Part shown: positions 28,095 through 37,554 of the stretch, one piece after another
How the letters are laid out: each line of letters starts with the position of its first letter
Position numbering within the stretch: the first letter of the stretch is position 1
Source: Alphaproteobacteria bacterium
GTDB lineage: Bacteria > Pseudomonadota > Alphaproteobacteria > JAPOUT01 > G958296285
Assembly (NCBI GenBank): GCA_965212075.1
Contig: OZ243043.1
Location: forward strand, 713,661-777,660
DNA length: 64,000 nt
Direction of reading: 5' to 3'
Position numbers and translations under genes: made by a program
Notes under the pieces: model-generated
Told to the model about the DNA's origin: nothing
Database searches by the model: none
The model's input: the letters and a program-made list of their open reading frames with translations, nothing else

Positions 28095-29348
28095 GTGATG
28101 ATGAGCACGGATCTTAAAAACAAAGTCTGCAAGGCGATTGATGATCTGGCACCAGTTTTGCTGGCGGCCAGCCATGATATTCACCAGAATCCTGAACTGG
28201 CTTTTGAAGAGCAGCATGCCGCAGCTTTGCTCGCACGAGAGGTTGAAAATGCTGGTCTGCCAGTGCAGCGCGAAGCGTTCAGCCTGTCTACGGCCTATGC
28301 TTCGTCTTTTGGAGACGGCCAGCACGAAGTAGCGATCTTATCGGAATATGATGCGCTGCCGGGGATTGGCCATGCATGCGGGCATAACGTCATCGCGACG
28401 GCAGGCTTGGGTGCGGCGCTCGCTCTGGCGAAGCTGGGCGCGCAACTGCCCGGACGGGTGCGTTATTTGGGTACCCCCGCCGAAGAGCAAGGCGGCGGCA
28501 AAGAATTGATGGCGCGCGCCGGCGCGTTTGACAAAGGTGTGATTGATAAAGTGGATATGGCGATGATGGTTCATCCAGCGGGCATTGACACGCGCACAGT
28601 GCCGTCGCTCTGCATCAGCGAAGTAGAATTGATCTATCACGGCAAGACGGCTCATGCGGCGGCGATGCCGCATTTGGGCATCAATGCGCTGGACGGCGTG
28701 ATCACCGCCTATCAGGCGGTTGCGCAATTGCGCCAGCATATTCAAACCAATGAGCGCATTCACGGCATCATCACAGATGGCGGCGCGGCGCCGAACATCG
28801 TGCCGGGGCGCGCGGCGGCGGAGTTTTATATCCGCGCGGGCAAGGCCGAAGATCTGTTCAAACTGCGCGAGCGCGTCGTCGCCTGCTTTGAGGCGGGCGC
28901 GCAGTCAAGCGGCGCAAAGCTGGAATTGAACTGGGGCAAGGTGATCTATCTTGATGTCCGCCACAACCAGCCGCTCGCGCGCGCTTATGAAAAAAATGCC
29001 ATCGCCTGTGGCCGCGCCATGTTTCCTGCGGAAAAACTGCCTGCGGCCTCGTTTATCAGCACCGATATGGGCAATGTGAGCTATCGGGTGCCGTCAATTC
29101 ATCCTTTGATCGCGGTGGCGCCGCCGCATGTGTCTATTCATAATCCGGAATTTACCCACTATGCGGCATCGCAAACCGGCGATCAGGCCGTGCTGGACGG
29201 TGCCAAAGCGATGGCCATGACCGCGCTTGACTTTTTCTCGGATGAAAAACTGCGCCAAGAGGTCAAAAAAGATTTTGAGCAGCAGACCCAAAATGCCGCG
29301 CAGATTCTCGACGACATCAAGAACCCCTGCCCCCATCATAATCACTAA
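28095..29348 (+). CDS. M20-family amidohydrolase (aminoacylase/hippuricase-like)
   Basis: HACGHN metal-binding motif and M20D dimerisation-domain architecture. Confidence 0.8.
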   Translation: MMMSTDLKNKVCKAIDDLAPVLLAASHDIHQNPELAFEEQHAAALLAREVENAGLPVQREAFSLSTAYASSFGDGQHEVAILSEYDALPGIGHACGHNVIATAGLGAALALAKLGAQLPGRVRYLGTPAEEQGGGKELMARAGAFDKGVIDKVDMAMMVHPAGIDTRTVPSLCISEVELIYHGKTAHAAAMPHLGINALDGVITAYQAVAQLRQHIQTNERIHGIITDGGAAPNIVPGRAAAEFYIRAGKAEDLFKLRERVVACFEAGAQSSGAKLELNWGKVIYLDVRHNQPLARAYEKNAIACGRAMFPAEKLPAASFISTDMGNVSYRVPSIHPLIAVAPPHVSIHNPEFTHYAASQTGDQAVLDGAKAMAMTALDFFSDEKLRQEVKKDFEQQTQNAAQILDDIKNPCPHHNH

Positions 29349-29364
29349 TTAGGATAATCACTAA

Positions 29365-30771
29365 TTAGGGCATTGATTTTGCCATCTCACCCGCTTTCTC
29401 TGCCTTGTCTGCCTTGTCTATATGCCGCGCCTCGAGGATCTGCCGATTGGCTTCCTGCCTTTTCTGGTCAAGCGGATAGCTCCACATTAATATCATCGCG
29501 ACTAAATTCATCAAAATCGGAAAGACGACATAGATCACCTTAATCTGGAATAAAATTTCGCTGTCATTTTCGCCGCCATGGACAAAGCCTGTCCAGCCGA
29601 TCAAAGGGTAAATCAGCCCGATGGACATGGCCAAACCGATTTTGGTGGTCATGGTCAGCATCGCATAGAACAACCCCATGCGCTCGGAGCCGGTCTGGAT
29701 GCAGTCTTCGTCGCAGACATCGGCGGTCATCGAGCGCAGCAGAATCGCGCCCGCCCCCATATTCAACCCCAGCAGCGCCCATATAGCCAAAGCGGCAAGC
29801 ACATTGCCCTCCGGCACAATAAAAATAGTCGGCAGAGTCACAATCGTAAAAGCTGACGAAATCACCTGCGCGCGATGTTTGCCGAAATGTTTTGCAATTT
29901 TGACAAATATCGGCACTGAGGAAATCCCGACGAGGAAATAGCTGATCAGAAGCAAATTGGCGATGCCGCGCTCAAGCTTCAGCGTATCAACGATCAGAAA
30001 GAGAAACATGCTCGAGACAATGCCCAGACTCAAAGCCAGAGAGAAATCCGCGCCCAGCAAATGGCGCAGAGGCCGGTTGGTCCGAAAAACTTGGAGCGTC
30101 TCGCGCAGCGAGACATATTTGTGAACAAATTTCTGCTCCGGCACCCTTGCCGCCGCAATCAGAACCGTCAGCGGCAGCAGCAGGATGATGAACCAGCCCA
30201 TAGAGCCAATCGCGGCTCTTTGAACCTCCTCTGCGGTGCCCTCGCCGACATATTGGATCAAAGCGGGCAGGCTCAAAGCCAAGATCATGCCGACAATGAT
30301 AAAACCCTCGCGCGCGCCCTGCACAAGCGAGCGCTGGTGATAATTCCCGCTCAGCTCAGAGCCCCATGACAAATGAGAAATGGTCAGCATCGTCCAGCCA
30401 ATATAAAGGAACAACATCCAGCCAAGCAGATAGAGCCAGCCAACGCCCGCAGGCGGCAGAAAAACCATATAGGAGGCCAGCATGACGATCGGCACTGAGG
30501 CAATGATCCATGGCCGCCGCCGCCCCCATCTTGTCTGGAAGCGGTCGGCCGCCCAGCCCATGATCGGGTCGGTGAAGACATCCCAGAATCGAGTGAGCAT
30601 AAAGACCAGCCCGACAAGGCCAATCGACAGGCCAACTGTGCCGCTATAAAAAGGCGGCAGGTGGACAATCAAGGGCAGACCGAGTGCTGCGATCGGCATG
30701 CCCGGCGACGCATAGGCGGCGATCCGCCCGATGCCTAACTTTTGATCCGATTTCTCTTCCCGCTGGCTCAT
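29365..30771 (-). CDS. MFS transporter, GPH (glycoside-pentoside-hexuronide:cation symporter) family
   Basis: 468 aa, 12 predicted TM helices, GPH-like N-terminal region. Confidence 0.75.
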   Translation of the reverse strand: MSQREEKSDQKLGIGRIAAYASPGMPIAALGLPLIVHLPPFYSGTVGLSIGLVGLVFMLTRFWDVFTDPIMGWAADRFQTRWGRRRPWIIASVPIVMLASYMVFLPPAGVGWLYLLGWMLFLYIGWTMLTISHLSWGSELSGNYHQRSLVQGAREGFIIVGMILALSLPALIQYVGEGTAEEVQRAAIGSMGWFIILLLPLTVLIAAARVPEQKFVHKYVSLRETLQVFRTNRPLRHLLGADFSLALSLGIVSSMFLFLIVDTLKLERGIANLLLISYFLVGISSVPIFVKIAKHFGKHRAQVISSAFTIVTLPTIFIVPEGNVLAALAIWALLGLNMGAGAILLRSMTADVCDEDCIQTGSERMGLFYAMLTMTTKIGLAMSIGLIYPLIGWTGFVHGGENDSEILFQIKVIYVVFPILMNLVAMILMWSYPLDQKRQEANRQILEARHIDKADKAEKAGEMAKSMP

Positions 30772-30843
30772 TTATTCTCCCTTTTATCCCCCGATAAGGT
30801 AGATTATGGATATTCAAACTCAAGAGCAAGGCCTTATGCCATT

Positions 30844-31110
30844 ATGTCATCTATGTCATCTGCCCGCAGTCAAAAAGCGCCGCCCCACTTTGTTAATGAT
30901 GTCGGCGTGGAGGAAATCCGCATAGGAGTCAAAGCCTTCAAATGCATCGGCGCGTCGCCGCCGATGGATCACCCGCATATTTTTCTTGAAATGGGGCTGG
31001 CGAACGAAATCTTTTGCCCTTATTGCTCAACGAAATTTGTCTTTGACAAAAAGTTATCCGCAGGCGAAGCCGAGCCTCTTGAGGCAATCTACCAGCCGGA
31101 TCTGTCGTAA
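30844..31110 (+). CDS. Zinc-finger domain protein (NDUFS6-like Zn-ribbon)
   Basis: Core IGVKAFKCIGASPPMDHPHIFLEMGLANEIFCPYCSTKF. The start was set at MSSMSS. The longer track ORF overlaps the MFS gene. Confidence 0.65.
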   Translation: MSSMSSARSQKAPPHFVNDVGVEEIRIGVKAFKCIGASPPMDHPHIFLEMGLANEIFCPYCSTKFVFDKKLSAGEAEPLEAIYQPDLS

Positions 31111-31116
31111 AAGCTT

Positions 31117-31205
31117 TGGTGCGGACGGCGGGAATTGAACCCGCACTCGACTTGCGTCAAAACGGATTTTAAGTCCGTTGCGTCTACCTGTTCCGCCACG
31201 TCCGC
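31117..31205 (-). tRNA. tRNA-Leu (anticodon UAA), long variable arm
   Basis: The reverse complement is GCGGACGTGGCGGAACAGGTAGACGCAACGGACTTAAAATCCGTTTTGACGCAAGTCGAGTGCGGGTTCAATTCCCGCCGTCCGCACCA. Confidence 0.9.
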
Positions 31206-31259
31206 GAATCCGACGCTGCGGAACATGCCGCTATTTTGCGGCTAGCAATTTGCAGCTGA

Positions 31260-31514
31260 TTATTTCAAGCCTTGCCAGATCGGCCAGCAGCGACCGCCGA
31301 CTTTGCGCGCTAATGCAGCTTGAGCGGCTTTGGCATTGTTGCCTTGCGCGCTTTGCTCCGAATCACGCGCCCCCGTGCACCAGACATAAAACTGATGCGT
31401 GCCGGATTTTGACATTGCGGTAAATGAGGAATTAAGTCCTTTGGCCGCCTGTGCCGGTGCTACCGCAAAACCTGTAGCGATGATAAGCATGAAAGCAATT
31501 GCATATTTCATCAT
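31260..31514 (-). CDS. Small secreted hypothetical protein
   Basis: 84 aa. Signal peptide MMKYAIAFMLIIATGFAVAPAQA. Two Cys. Confidence 0.5.
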   Translation of the reverse strand: MMKYAIAFMLIIATGFAVAPAQAAKGLNSSFTAMSKSGTHQFYVWCTGARDSEQSAQGNNAKAAQAALARKVGGRCWPIWQGLK

Positions 31515-31592
31515 GAGTGTCCTCCAAAAAAAGCCCCTGAAATTGCTTAAACGATAGCCAAAAATTGCTCATAACGCAAGAAAAATTTCCAA

Positions 31593-32348
31593 CTATTCCT
31601 CTTCGGGCTGGGCACCGAGCTGCTGCATGAGCGCAATAACCGCTTGGACGGCGGTTTTATGGGCATTGTGGGCGGTTTCCGGCGCGCGCAGAACGATTCG
31701 CAGGGTCGGGCGGCCATCGGCAAAACTCGGATAGCTGCCAATTTTGATGTCCGGCGCATCATCTTGGATTTTTTGAAGCTTTTCGGCAATATCGCCCTCG
31801 CCCAGCTGGCCGCGCACCGTGCGGCTGATCCAGCGCGCGCCGCCGGTAATGCGATCGGCTAGCTGCTCGAGCATCGCCGCGCAGATGACCGGAACTCCGG
31901 CGAGAACGAACAGATTGCCAATCTCAAACCCCGGCGCGCCGCTGATCAGATTATCAATGAGGCGAACATTTTGCGGCATATCGGCCATGCGCAGACGCGC
32001 CTCACCGACCGGCTGGCCGGGGCGCTGGGCAGCATAGCGGCGTTCAATCGCGTGTGCGGCCTCTGGATTGCGCTCCAGCGGGCGGTCAAAAGCTTTCGCG
32101 ACCGCCGCCGCGGTGATGTCATCATGGGTCGGCCCGATGCCGCCTGTGGTGAAAACATAGTCATAGCGATCGCATAAAGCGCGCACCGCCTTGATGATCT
32201 CGTCTTCTTTATCGGCGACAATGCGCGCCTCAGCGATTTCAACCCCTTTTTGAGCTAAAAAAATCGCGATTTGCCGGAGATTCACATCTTGCGTACGCCC
32301 TGAAAGCAATTCATCGCCGATCAGCAAAACAGCAGCATATTTACTCAT
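31593..32348 (-). CDS. CinA-like molybdopterin-binding (competence/damage-inducible) domain protein
   Basis: MSKYAAVLLIGDELLSGRTQDVN is a MoCF-biosynthesis/CinA N-terminal domain signature. Confidence 0.8.
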   Translation of the reverse strand: MSKYAAVLLIGDELLSGRTQDVNLRQIAIFLAQKGVEIAEARIVADKEDEIIKAVRALCDRYDYVFTTGGIGPTHDDITAAAVAKAFDRPLERNPEAAHAIERRYAAQRPGQPVGEARLRMADMPQNVRLIDNLISGAPGFEIGNLFVLAGVPVICAAMLEQLADRITGGARWISRTVRGQLGEGDIAEKLQKIQDDAPDIKIGSYPSFADGRPTLRIVLRAPETAHNAHKTAVQAVIALMQQLGAQPEEE

Positions 32349-32406
32349 TTTCTTTCCCTTTCTATTATTATCATCTTATAAGAAGCAAAACCACATTAGA
32401 CGCACA

Positions 32407-33303
32407 ATGAGCAGACTAGAGACAGATTCAATGAGCCAGCAGACAGCGCTTTATATTGACGAGACCTCCTCACGAGGACTTTATACCGGCCAGATTAAAA
32501 TTCACCAGCCGGAAGATTTTGAGGGTATGCAGGAAGCCGGACAGATCGCCGCCGCCGCGCTTGACATGCTGACAGAAGAAATTCAGCCCGGTGTGCTGAC
32601 GTCTCATTTGGATGACCTCGTCTATCAATTTACGATGGATCATCAGGCCTTGCCCGCGACATTGAACTATCGCGGATTTCGGCATAGCTGCTGCATTTCG
32701 CTTAATCATGTGATTTGCCATGGCATTCCGGGAGAGCGGCGGCTTAAAGACGGAGACATGCTCAACATTGACGTCACGCTGATCAAAAATGGCTGGCATG
32801 GCGATACCAGCCGCATGTTTTTTGCCGGAACGCCGCCGCGCAAAGCCGCGCGGCTGGTCCAAGCGACCTTTGACGCCATGTGGCGCGGCATTGAGGCGGC
32901 CAAGCCGGGTGCGACCACAGGTGATATTGGCTGGGCGATTGAAAGCTTTGTGCGCGATCAGGGCATGTCAATCGTGCGCGAGTTTTCCGGGCACGGGCTG
33001 GGGCGCGTCTTCCATGATGCGCCGAACATTTTTCACTACGGCCAGCCCGGAACCGGCGTGGAATTGCGCGCGGGCATGTTTTTTACCGTTGAGCCTATGG
33101 TGAATCTCGGCAAGCCGAGCGCAAAAATTCTCAGCGATGGCTGGACGGCGGTCACCCGCGACCGCTCTTTGTCGGCGCAGTTTGAACATTCCCTCGGGAT
33201 CACCAAAACCGGCGCGGTGGTCTTTACAAAATCGCCGCGCGGCTTCACCCAGCCGCCTTATGCGCTTCATGCGCCTCCTGATGAGAATTCACATAATGTC
33301 TAA
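32407..33303 (+). CDS. map: Type I methionine aminopeptidase
   Basis: Conserved metal ligands in ...DVTLIKNGWHGDTSRMF...HGLG...FTVEPM.... Confidence 0.9.
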   Translation: MSRLETDSMSQQTALYIDETSSRGLYTGQIKIHQPEDFEGMQEAGQIAAAALDMLTEEIQPGVLTSHLDDLVYQFTMDHQALPATLNYRGFRHSCCISLNHVICHGIPGERRLKDGDMLNIDVTLIKNGWHGDTSRMFFAGTPPRKAARLVQATFDAMWRGIEAAKPGATTGDIGWAIESFVRDQGMSIVREFSGHGLGRVFHDAPNIFHYGQPGTGVELRAGMFFTVEPMVNLGKPSAKILSDGWTAVTRDRSLSAQFEHSLGITKTGAVVFTKSPRGFTQPPYALHAPPDENSHNV

Positions 33304-33991
33304 AACAAATAAAAAAATCATCAACCACGCTTTTGGCCATCGCGATCGGCTGCGCGAGCGCTTTCGCCGCGGCAATCTGGACGCGCTGCAAGATTATGAA
33401 ATACTGGAATTGATTTTGTTCCGCGCCATCCCGCGCGGCGATGTCAAGCCGCTTGCGAAAAACCTGCTTGCGCATTTCGGCAATTTTTCTGCTGTGATTT
33501 CAGCTTCACGCGCATCATTGGCCTCAATGCCGGGCGCGGGCGAACGAGTCGCTGACGAGCTGAAATTGATTGACGCCGCAACCATTATGGCCGCGCGCCA
33601 TAAAATCGCTGGCCGACCGCTCATCTCATCATGGGATCAGCTTGTGGAATATTGCCAGCGCCTGCTCGGCTATCAACAGATTGAGCAGTTTCATATATTT
33701 TTCCTAGATAATAAAAACCGCCTCATCAAAGATGAGGTGCAGCAAAAAGGAACGATCAATCACACAACGATCTATCCGCGTGAAATCGCCAGCCGCGCTC
33801 TTGAGCTTGGGGCGGTTTCGGTGATCCTCGCGCATAATCACCCCAGCGGCGATGCCGCACCTTCTGAAAATGACATCAAAGTCACAAAAGAAATTTCCGA
33901 AGTTCTCAAGCCGCTCAAAATCATCATCCACGATCACCTCATCGTTGCGCGCGGCAACGTCACCAGCTTTAGAAATTTGAACCTGTTATAG
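33296..33991 (+). CDS. radC: RadC-family JAB-domain protein
   Basis: HNHPSG (JAMM) motif. Start refined to MSKTNKK. Overlaps the map stop by 8 nt. Confidence 0.85.
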   Translation: MSKTNKKIINHAFGHRDRLRERFRRGNLDALQDYEILELILFRAIPRGDVKPLAKNLLAHFGNFSAVISASRASLASMPGAGERVADELKLIDAATIMAARHKIAGRPLISSWDQLVEYCQRLLGYQQIEQFHIFFLDNKNRLIKDEVQQKGTINHTTIYPREIASRALELGAVSVILAHNHPSGDAAPSENDIKVTKEISEVLKPLKIIIHDHLIVARGNVTSFRNLNLL

Positions 33992-34001
33992 GAAAGATAA
34001 G

Positions 34002-35318
34002 ATGATCCCACGCTATAGCCGCCCGGAGATGCAGGAAATCTGGTCGCCGCAGACACGCTATCAATTATGGCTTGATATTGAATGTCATGCGCTTGACGCG
34101 ATGGCAAAGCTGCAGCTTATCCCCAAAGAGGTCGCGGCGAATGTCCGCGCGCGCGCGCAATTTGATCCGCAGCGCATTGACGAAATTGAGCGCGAAGTCA
34201 AACATGACGTGCTCGCTTTCTTGACCAATATCGCTGAATCGGTCGGCGAAGATGGGCGCTTTATCCATCAAGGGCTGACCTCGTCCGATATTCTTGATAC
34301 GAGTTTGAGCGTTCAATTAACGCGCGCGGCGGATATTCTGCTCAAAGATTTGGATGATCTATGCGCGGTTTTGCAGCAGCGCGCCGAGCAGCATAAATAC
34401 ACTTTATGCGCTGGCCGCTCGCACGGCATTCACGCCGAGCCGACAAGCTTCGGGCTGAAATTGCTGCAGGCATGGGCAGAATTTGCGCGCCACCGCCGCC
34501 GTCTTGAGGAAGCGCGCAGCGAAGTAGCCGTAGCGGCTTTGTCAGGGCCGGTCGGAACTTTCGCTTATGTTGATCCCAAAATTGAATCTTATGTTGCACA
34601 AAAAATGAATCTCGTGCCTGAGCCGATTTCAACCCAGATCATTCCGCGCGACCGCCATGCGATGTTTTTTGCGACTTTGGCGGTGATCGCGAGCTCCATT
34701 GAGCGGCTTGCCGTTGAAGTGCGCCATTTGCAGCGCAGCGAAGTGCTCGAAGCCGAAGAAGCGTTCTCGCAAAATCAGAAAGGCTCATCTGCGATGCCGC
34801 ATAAGCGCAATCCGGTGCTCAGTGAAAACATTACCGGGCTTGCGCGCTGGGTGCGCGCGCAGGCTTGGCCGGCGATGGAAAATGTTGCGCTCTGGCATGA
34901 GCGGGACATTTCTCATTCAAGCGTTGAGCGCATCACCGCGCCCGATACGACGATCGCGCTTGATTTTGCACTCGCACGCCTTGCCTCTGTGATGGAAAAT
35001 CTAGTCATCTATCCAGAAAATATGAAGAAGAATCTCAATCAAACCGGCGGACTGATTCATTCTCATGGCGTCTTGCTGGCACTGACACAGCGCGGCATGT
35101 CGCGCGAATATGCTTATCGCTGTGTGCAAAAACATGCCATGACAATATGGGCGCAAAATGTCAGGCAGGAAAATGATTTCCTCACTCTGCTCAAAAAGGA
35201 TACTGAGATCAGCGCGGTTCTTGATGAGGCCGCGCTGGAAAAGATTTTTTCACCGCAAAATCACTTCGCGCATATTGATAAAATTTTCGCGCGCACATTA
35301 GAAAGCCGCGGCGGCTAA
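34002..35318 (+). CDS. purB: Adenylosuccinate lyase
   Basis: 438 aa. Fumarate-lyase signature GSSAMPHKRNP. Confidence 0.95.
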   Translation: MIPRYSRPEMQEIWSPQTRYQLWLDIECHALDAMAKLQLIPKEVAANVRARAQFDPQRIDEIEREVKHDVLAFLTNIAESVGEDGRFIHQGLTSSDILDTSLSVQLTRAADILLKDLDDLCAVLQQRAEQHKYTLCAGRSHGIHAEPTSFGLKLLQAWAEFARHRRRLEEARSEVAVAALSGPVGTFAYVDPKIESYVAQKMNLVPEPISTQIIPRDRHAMFFATLAVIASSIERLAVEVRHLQRSEVLEAEEAFSQNQKGSSAMPHKRNPVLSENITGLARWVRAQAWPAMENVALWHERDISHSSVERITAPDTTIALDFALARLASVMENLVIYPENMKKNLNQTGGLIHSHGVLLALTQRGMSREYAYRCVQKHAMTIWAQNVRQENDFLTLLKKDTEISAVLDEAALEKIFSPQNHFAHIDKIFARTLESRGG

Positions 35319-35325
35319 ATAAGCG

Positions 35326-35673
35326 TTATTCTGTTTCTGAATCTGGCGCTTGCATGATTTCCGCGCGCGCTTCGACGAGCAGATCTTCCATTTTGCGGCG
35401 AATGGTGCGATCAGTGCATTCAACCTGAAAGGCGTCAAAATCCGTGATGACTTTGTCAAGAATGGCGTCTTTGTCGGTGGCGTTGATATGCGTTTCAACG
35501 AGGCTGTTGACATAATCATCGGCCTGCGCGCCCTTGAGGCCGATCAAATCCGCTGCCCAAATGCCAAGCTTGCGGTTGCGCAGAGCTTGAACACGAAATT
35601 CAATTTCCTCACTATGTGCAAAACCGGCTTCAAAAGTTTCGCGCCGCTTTTCAAAGCTGGATTCATCCGACAT
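35326..35673 (-). CDS. DUF1476 protein (alphaproteobacterial F1-ATPase inhibitor zeta-subunit family)
   Basis: The start was refined to MSDESSFEKRRETFEAGFAHSEE with an AGGAGA ribosome-binding site. The family is alpha-restricted. Confidence 0.7.
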   Translation of the reverse strand: MSDESSFEKRRETFEAGFAHSEEIEFRVQALRNRKLGIWAADLIGLKGAQADDYVNSLVETHINATDKDAILDKVITDFDAFQVECTDRTIRRKMEDLLVEARAEIMQAPDSETE

Positions 35674-35797
35674 GAATTCTCTCCTAAAATGCCTTGTTAT
35701 CAATGTGCCATATCCTCTATGATGGCACAAGCTTCGCGAGAGAAGCCACGCAAGAGAAGCCACGCAAGGGAAACGTTTAAGAGGATAAAAAGAACTT

Positions 35798-36619
35798 ATG
35801 TTCAACAATAATCGCCGCCGGAGACTCTATGAAGGCAAAAGCAAAGTGCTCTACGAAGGGCCTGATGCGGGCACTTTAATACAGCATTTCAAGGACGACG
35901 CGACAGCTTTTGACAATAAAAAGCACGCCATCATTGAGGGGCGCGGTGTGCTGAACAATCGAATCAGCGAGTATATTTTCACGCGGCTGAACGAGATCGG
36001 CCTGCCGACGCATTTCATCAAGGCGCTCAATATGCGCGAGCAATTGGTCAAGCGGGTGGAGATCATTCCGGTGGAGGTGATTGTGCGCAACATCGCGGCC
36101 GGCTCGCTGGCCAAGAGGCTCGGGCTGACCGAAGGCGATCCGCTGCCGCGCTCCATCATTGAGTTCAGCTACAAGTCCGACGCGCTGGGCGATCCGATGG
36201 TCAGCGAAGAACATATCACCGCCTTTGGCTGGGCGACCCAAATGGAAATTGATGAGATGATGACTCTGGCTCTGCGCACCAATGATTATCTTTCGGGATT
36301 ATTTATCAGCGTTGGAATCAAGCTGGTGGATTTCAAATTGGAATTTGGCCGCCTGATAGAAAATGATCAAACACGTCTTGATCAGGCGCGTCTTGTGATC
36401 GCCGATGAGATTTCACCTGATTCCTGCCGCCTCTGGGACATGAAAACCAATAACCGCCTTGACAAGGATCGCTTTCGCCGCGATCTAGGCGGCATCATGG
36501 ACGCCTATCGCGAAGTGGCGCGGCGGCTGGGCGTCTTCGTGGAACATGCCGTTGACAGTAAAAGCCAAGTGCATCATCTCACGCCGGTTCAACCCTCCAA
36601 AGCTGACCAAAAATCCTGA
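35798..36619 (+). CDS. purC: Phosphoribosylaminoimidazole-succinocarboxamide synthase
   Basis: [15 protein letters not shown]-terminus. SAICAR synthetase fold. Confidence 0.9.
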   Translation: MFNNNRRRRLYEGKSKVLYEGPDAGTLIQHFKDDATAFDNKKHAIIEGRGVLNNRISEYIFTRLNEIGLPTHFIKALNMREQLVKRVEIIPVEVIVRNIAAGSLAKRLGLTEGDPLPRSIIEFSYKSDALGDPMVSEEHITAFGWATQMEIDEMMTLALRTNDYLSGLFISVGIKLVDFKLEFGRLIENDQTRLDQARLVIADEISPDSCRLWDMKTNNRLDKDRFRRDLGGIMDAYREVARRLGVFVEHAVDSKSQVHHLTPVQPSKADQKS

Positions 36620-36864
36620 TGAAAGCGTCCATCACGATCACATTGAAAAAATCGGTGCGCGATCCACAGGGACGCGCCATCGCCGAAGCTTTAGCGCGAC
36701 TCGGCTTTGAGCAGATCAAAGATGTGCGACAGGGCAAACATATTGAAATAGAACTCGGCGAAAAAGATATTCAAACAGCACAAGATGACGTTGAAAATAT
36801 GTGCAAGAAATTTTTGACCAACCCGATTATTGAGGATTACAAGATTCACATAAAGGCGAATTGA
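36619..36864 (+). CDS. purS: Phosphoribosylformylglycinamidine synthase subunit PurS
   Basis: 81 aa. Position between purC and purQ. PurS-like sequence. Confidence 0.85.
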   Translation: MKASITITLKKSVRDPQGRAIAEALARLGFEQIKDVRQGKHIEIELGEKDIQTAQDDVENMCKKFLTNPIIEDYKIHIKAN

Positions 36865-37553
36865 TGAAAGCAGCGGTGATTGTTTTCCCCGGCTCCAATT
36901 GTGATCGGGACATAGCGGTCGCAATTGAAAAAACCTGCGGGGCGCGCCCGCAAATGATCTGGCATAAAGAGCGCGCGCTGCCAAAACTTGATCTGCTTGT
37001 CCTGCCCGGCGGATTTTCCTACGGCGATTATCTCCGCCCGGGATCAATGGCGGCGAACAGCCCGATCATGCGCGAAGTGGCTACGGCGGCGCGCGCGGGC
37101 GTTGCCGTTTTGGGAATCTGCAACGGATTTCAAATGCTCACCGAGACCGGCCTGCTGCCGGGCGCTTTGATGCGCAATGCCGGTTTAAAATTTATCTGCC
37201 GCGAGGTCTTTGTCAAAATTGAAATGCGCCGTGCGCCCTTCACGTCATCTTATGAGGCGGGCGCTGTCCATGCGCTTTACATCGCCCACCATGACGGCAA
37301 TTATTATGCCGATGAGGCTACATTGGCCGCGCTGGAGGACGGCCAGCGCATCGCGATGCGCTATTGCGATCAGGATGGCAGCATCACACCGACAAGCAAT
37401 CCGAATGGCTCGGCGCGCAACATTGCGGGCATTTTCAACGATGAAGGCAATGTTCTCGGCATGATGCCGCATCCGGAGCGCAATGCTGATCCGGCTTTGT
37501 CGCGCTCTATGGGGGGCGCGGCTCTGTTTGACAGTTTGCTGGCGCATTTGTGA
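36861..37553 (+). CDS. purQ: Phosphoribosylformylglycinamidine synthase glutaminase subunit PurQ
   Basis: [12 protein letters not shown]... class I glutamine amidotransferase with catalytic Cys (GICNGFQ). Confidence 0.9.
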   Translation: MMKAAVIVFPGSNCDRDIAVAIEKTCGARPQMIWHKERALPKLDLLVLPGGFSYGDYLRPGSMAANSPIMREVATAARAGVAVLGICNGFQMLTETGLLPGALMRNAGLKFICREVFVKIEMRRAPFTSSYEAGAVHALYIAHHDGNYYADEATLAALEDGQRIAMRYCDQDGSITPTSNPNGSARNIAGIFNDEGNVLGMMPHPERNADPALSRSMGGAALFDSLLAHL

Positions 37554-37554
37554 A

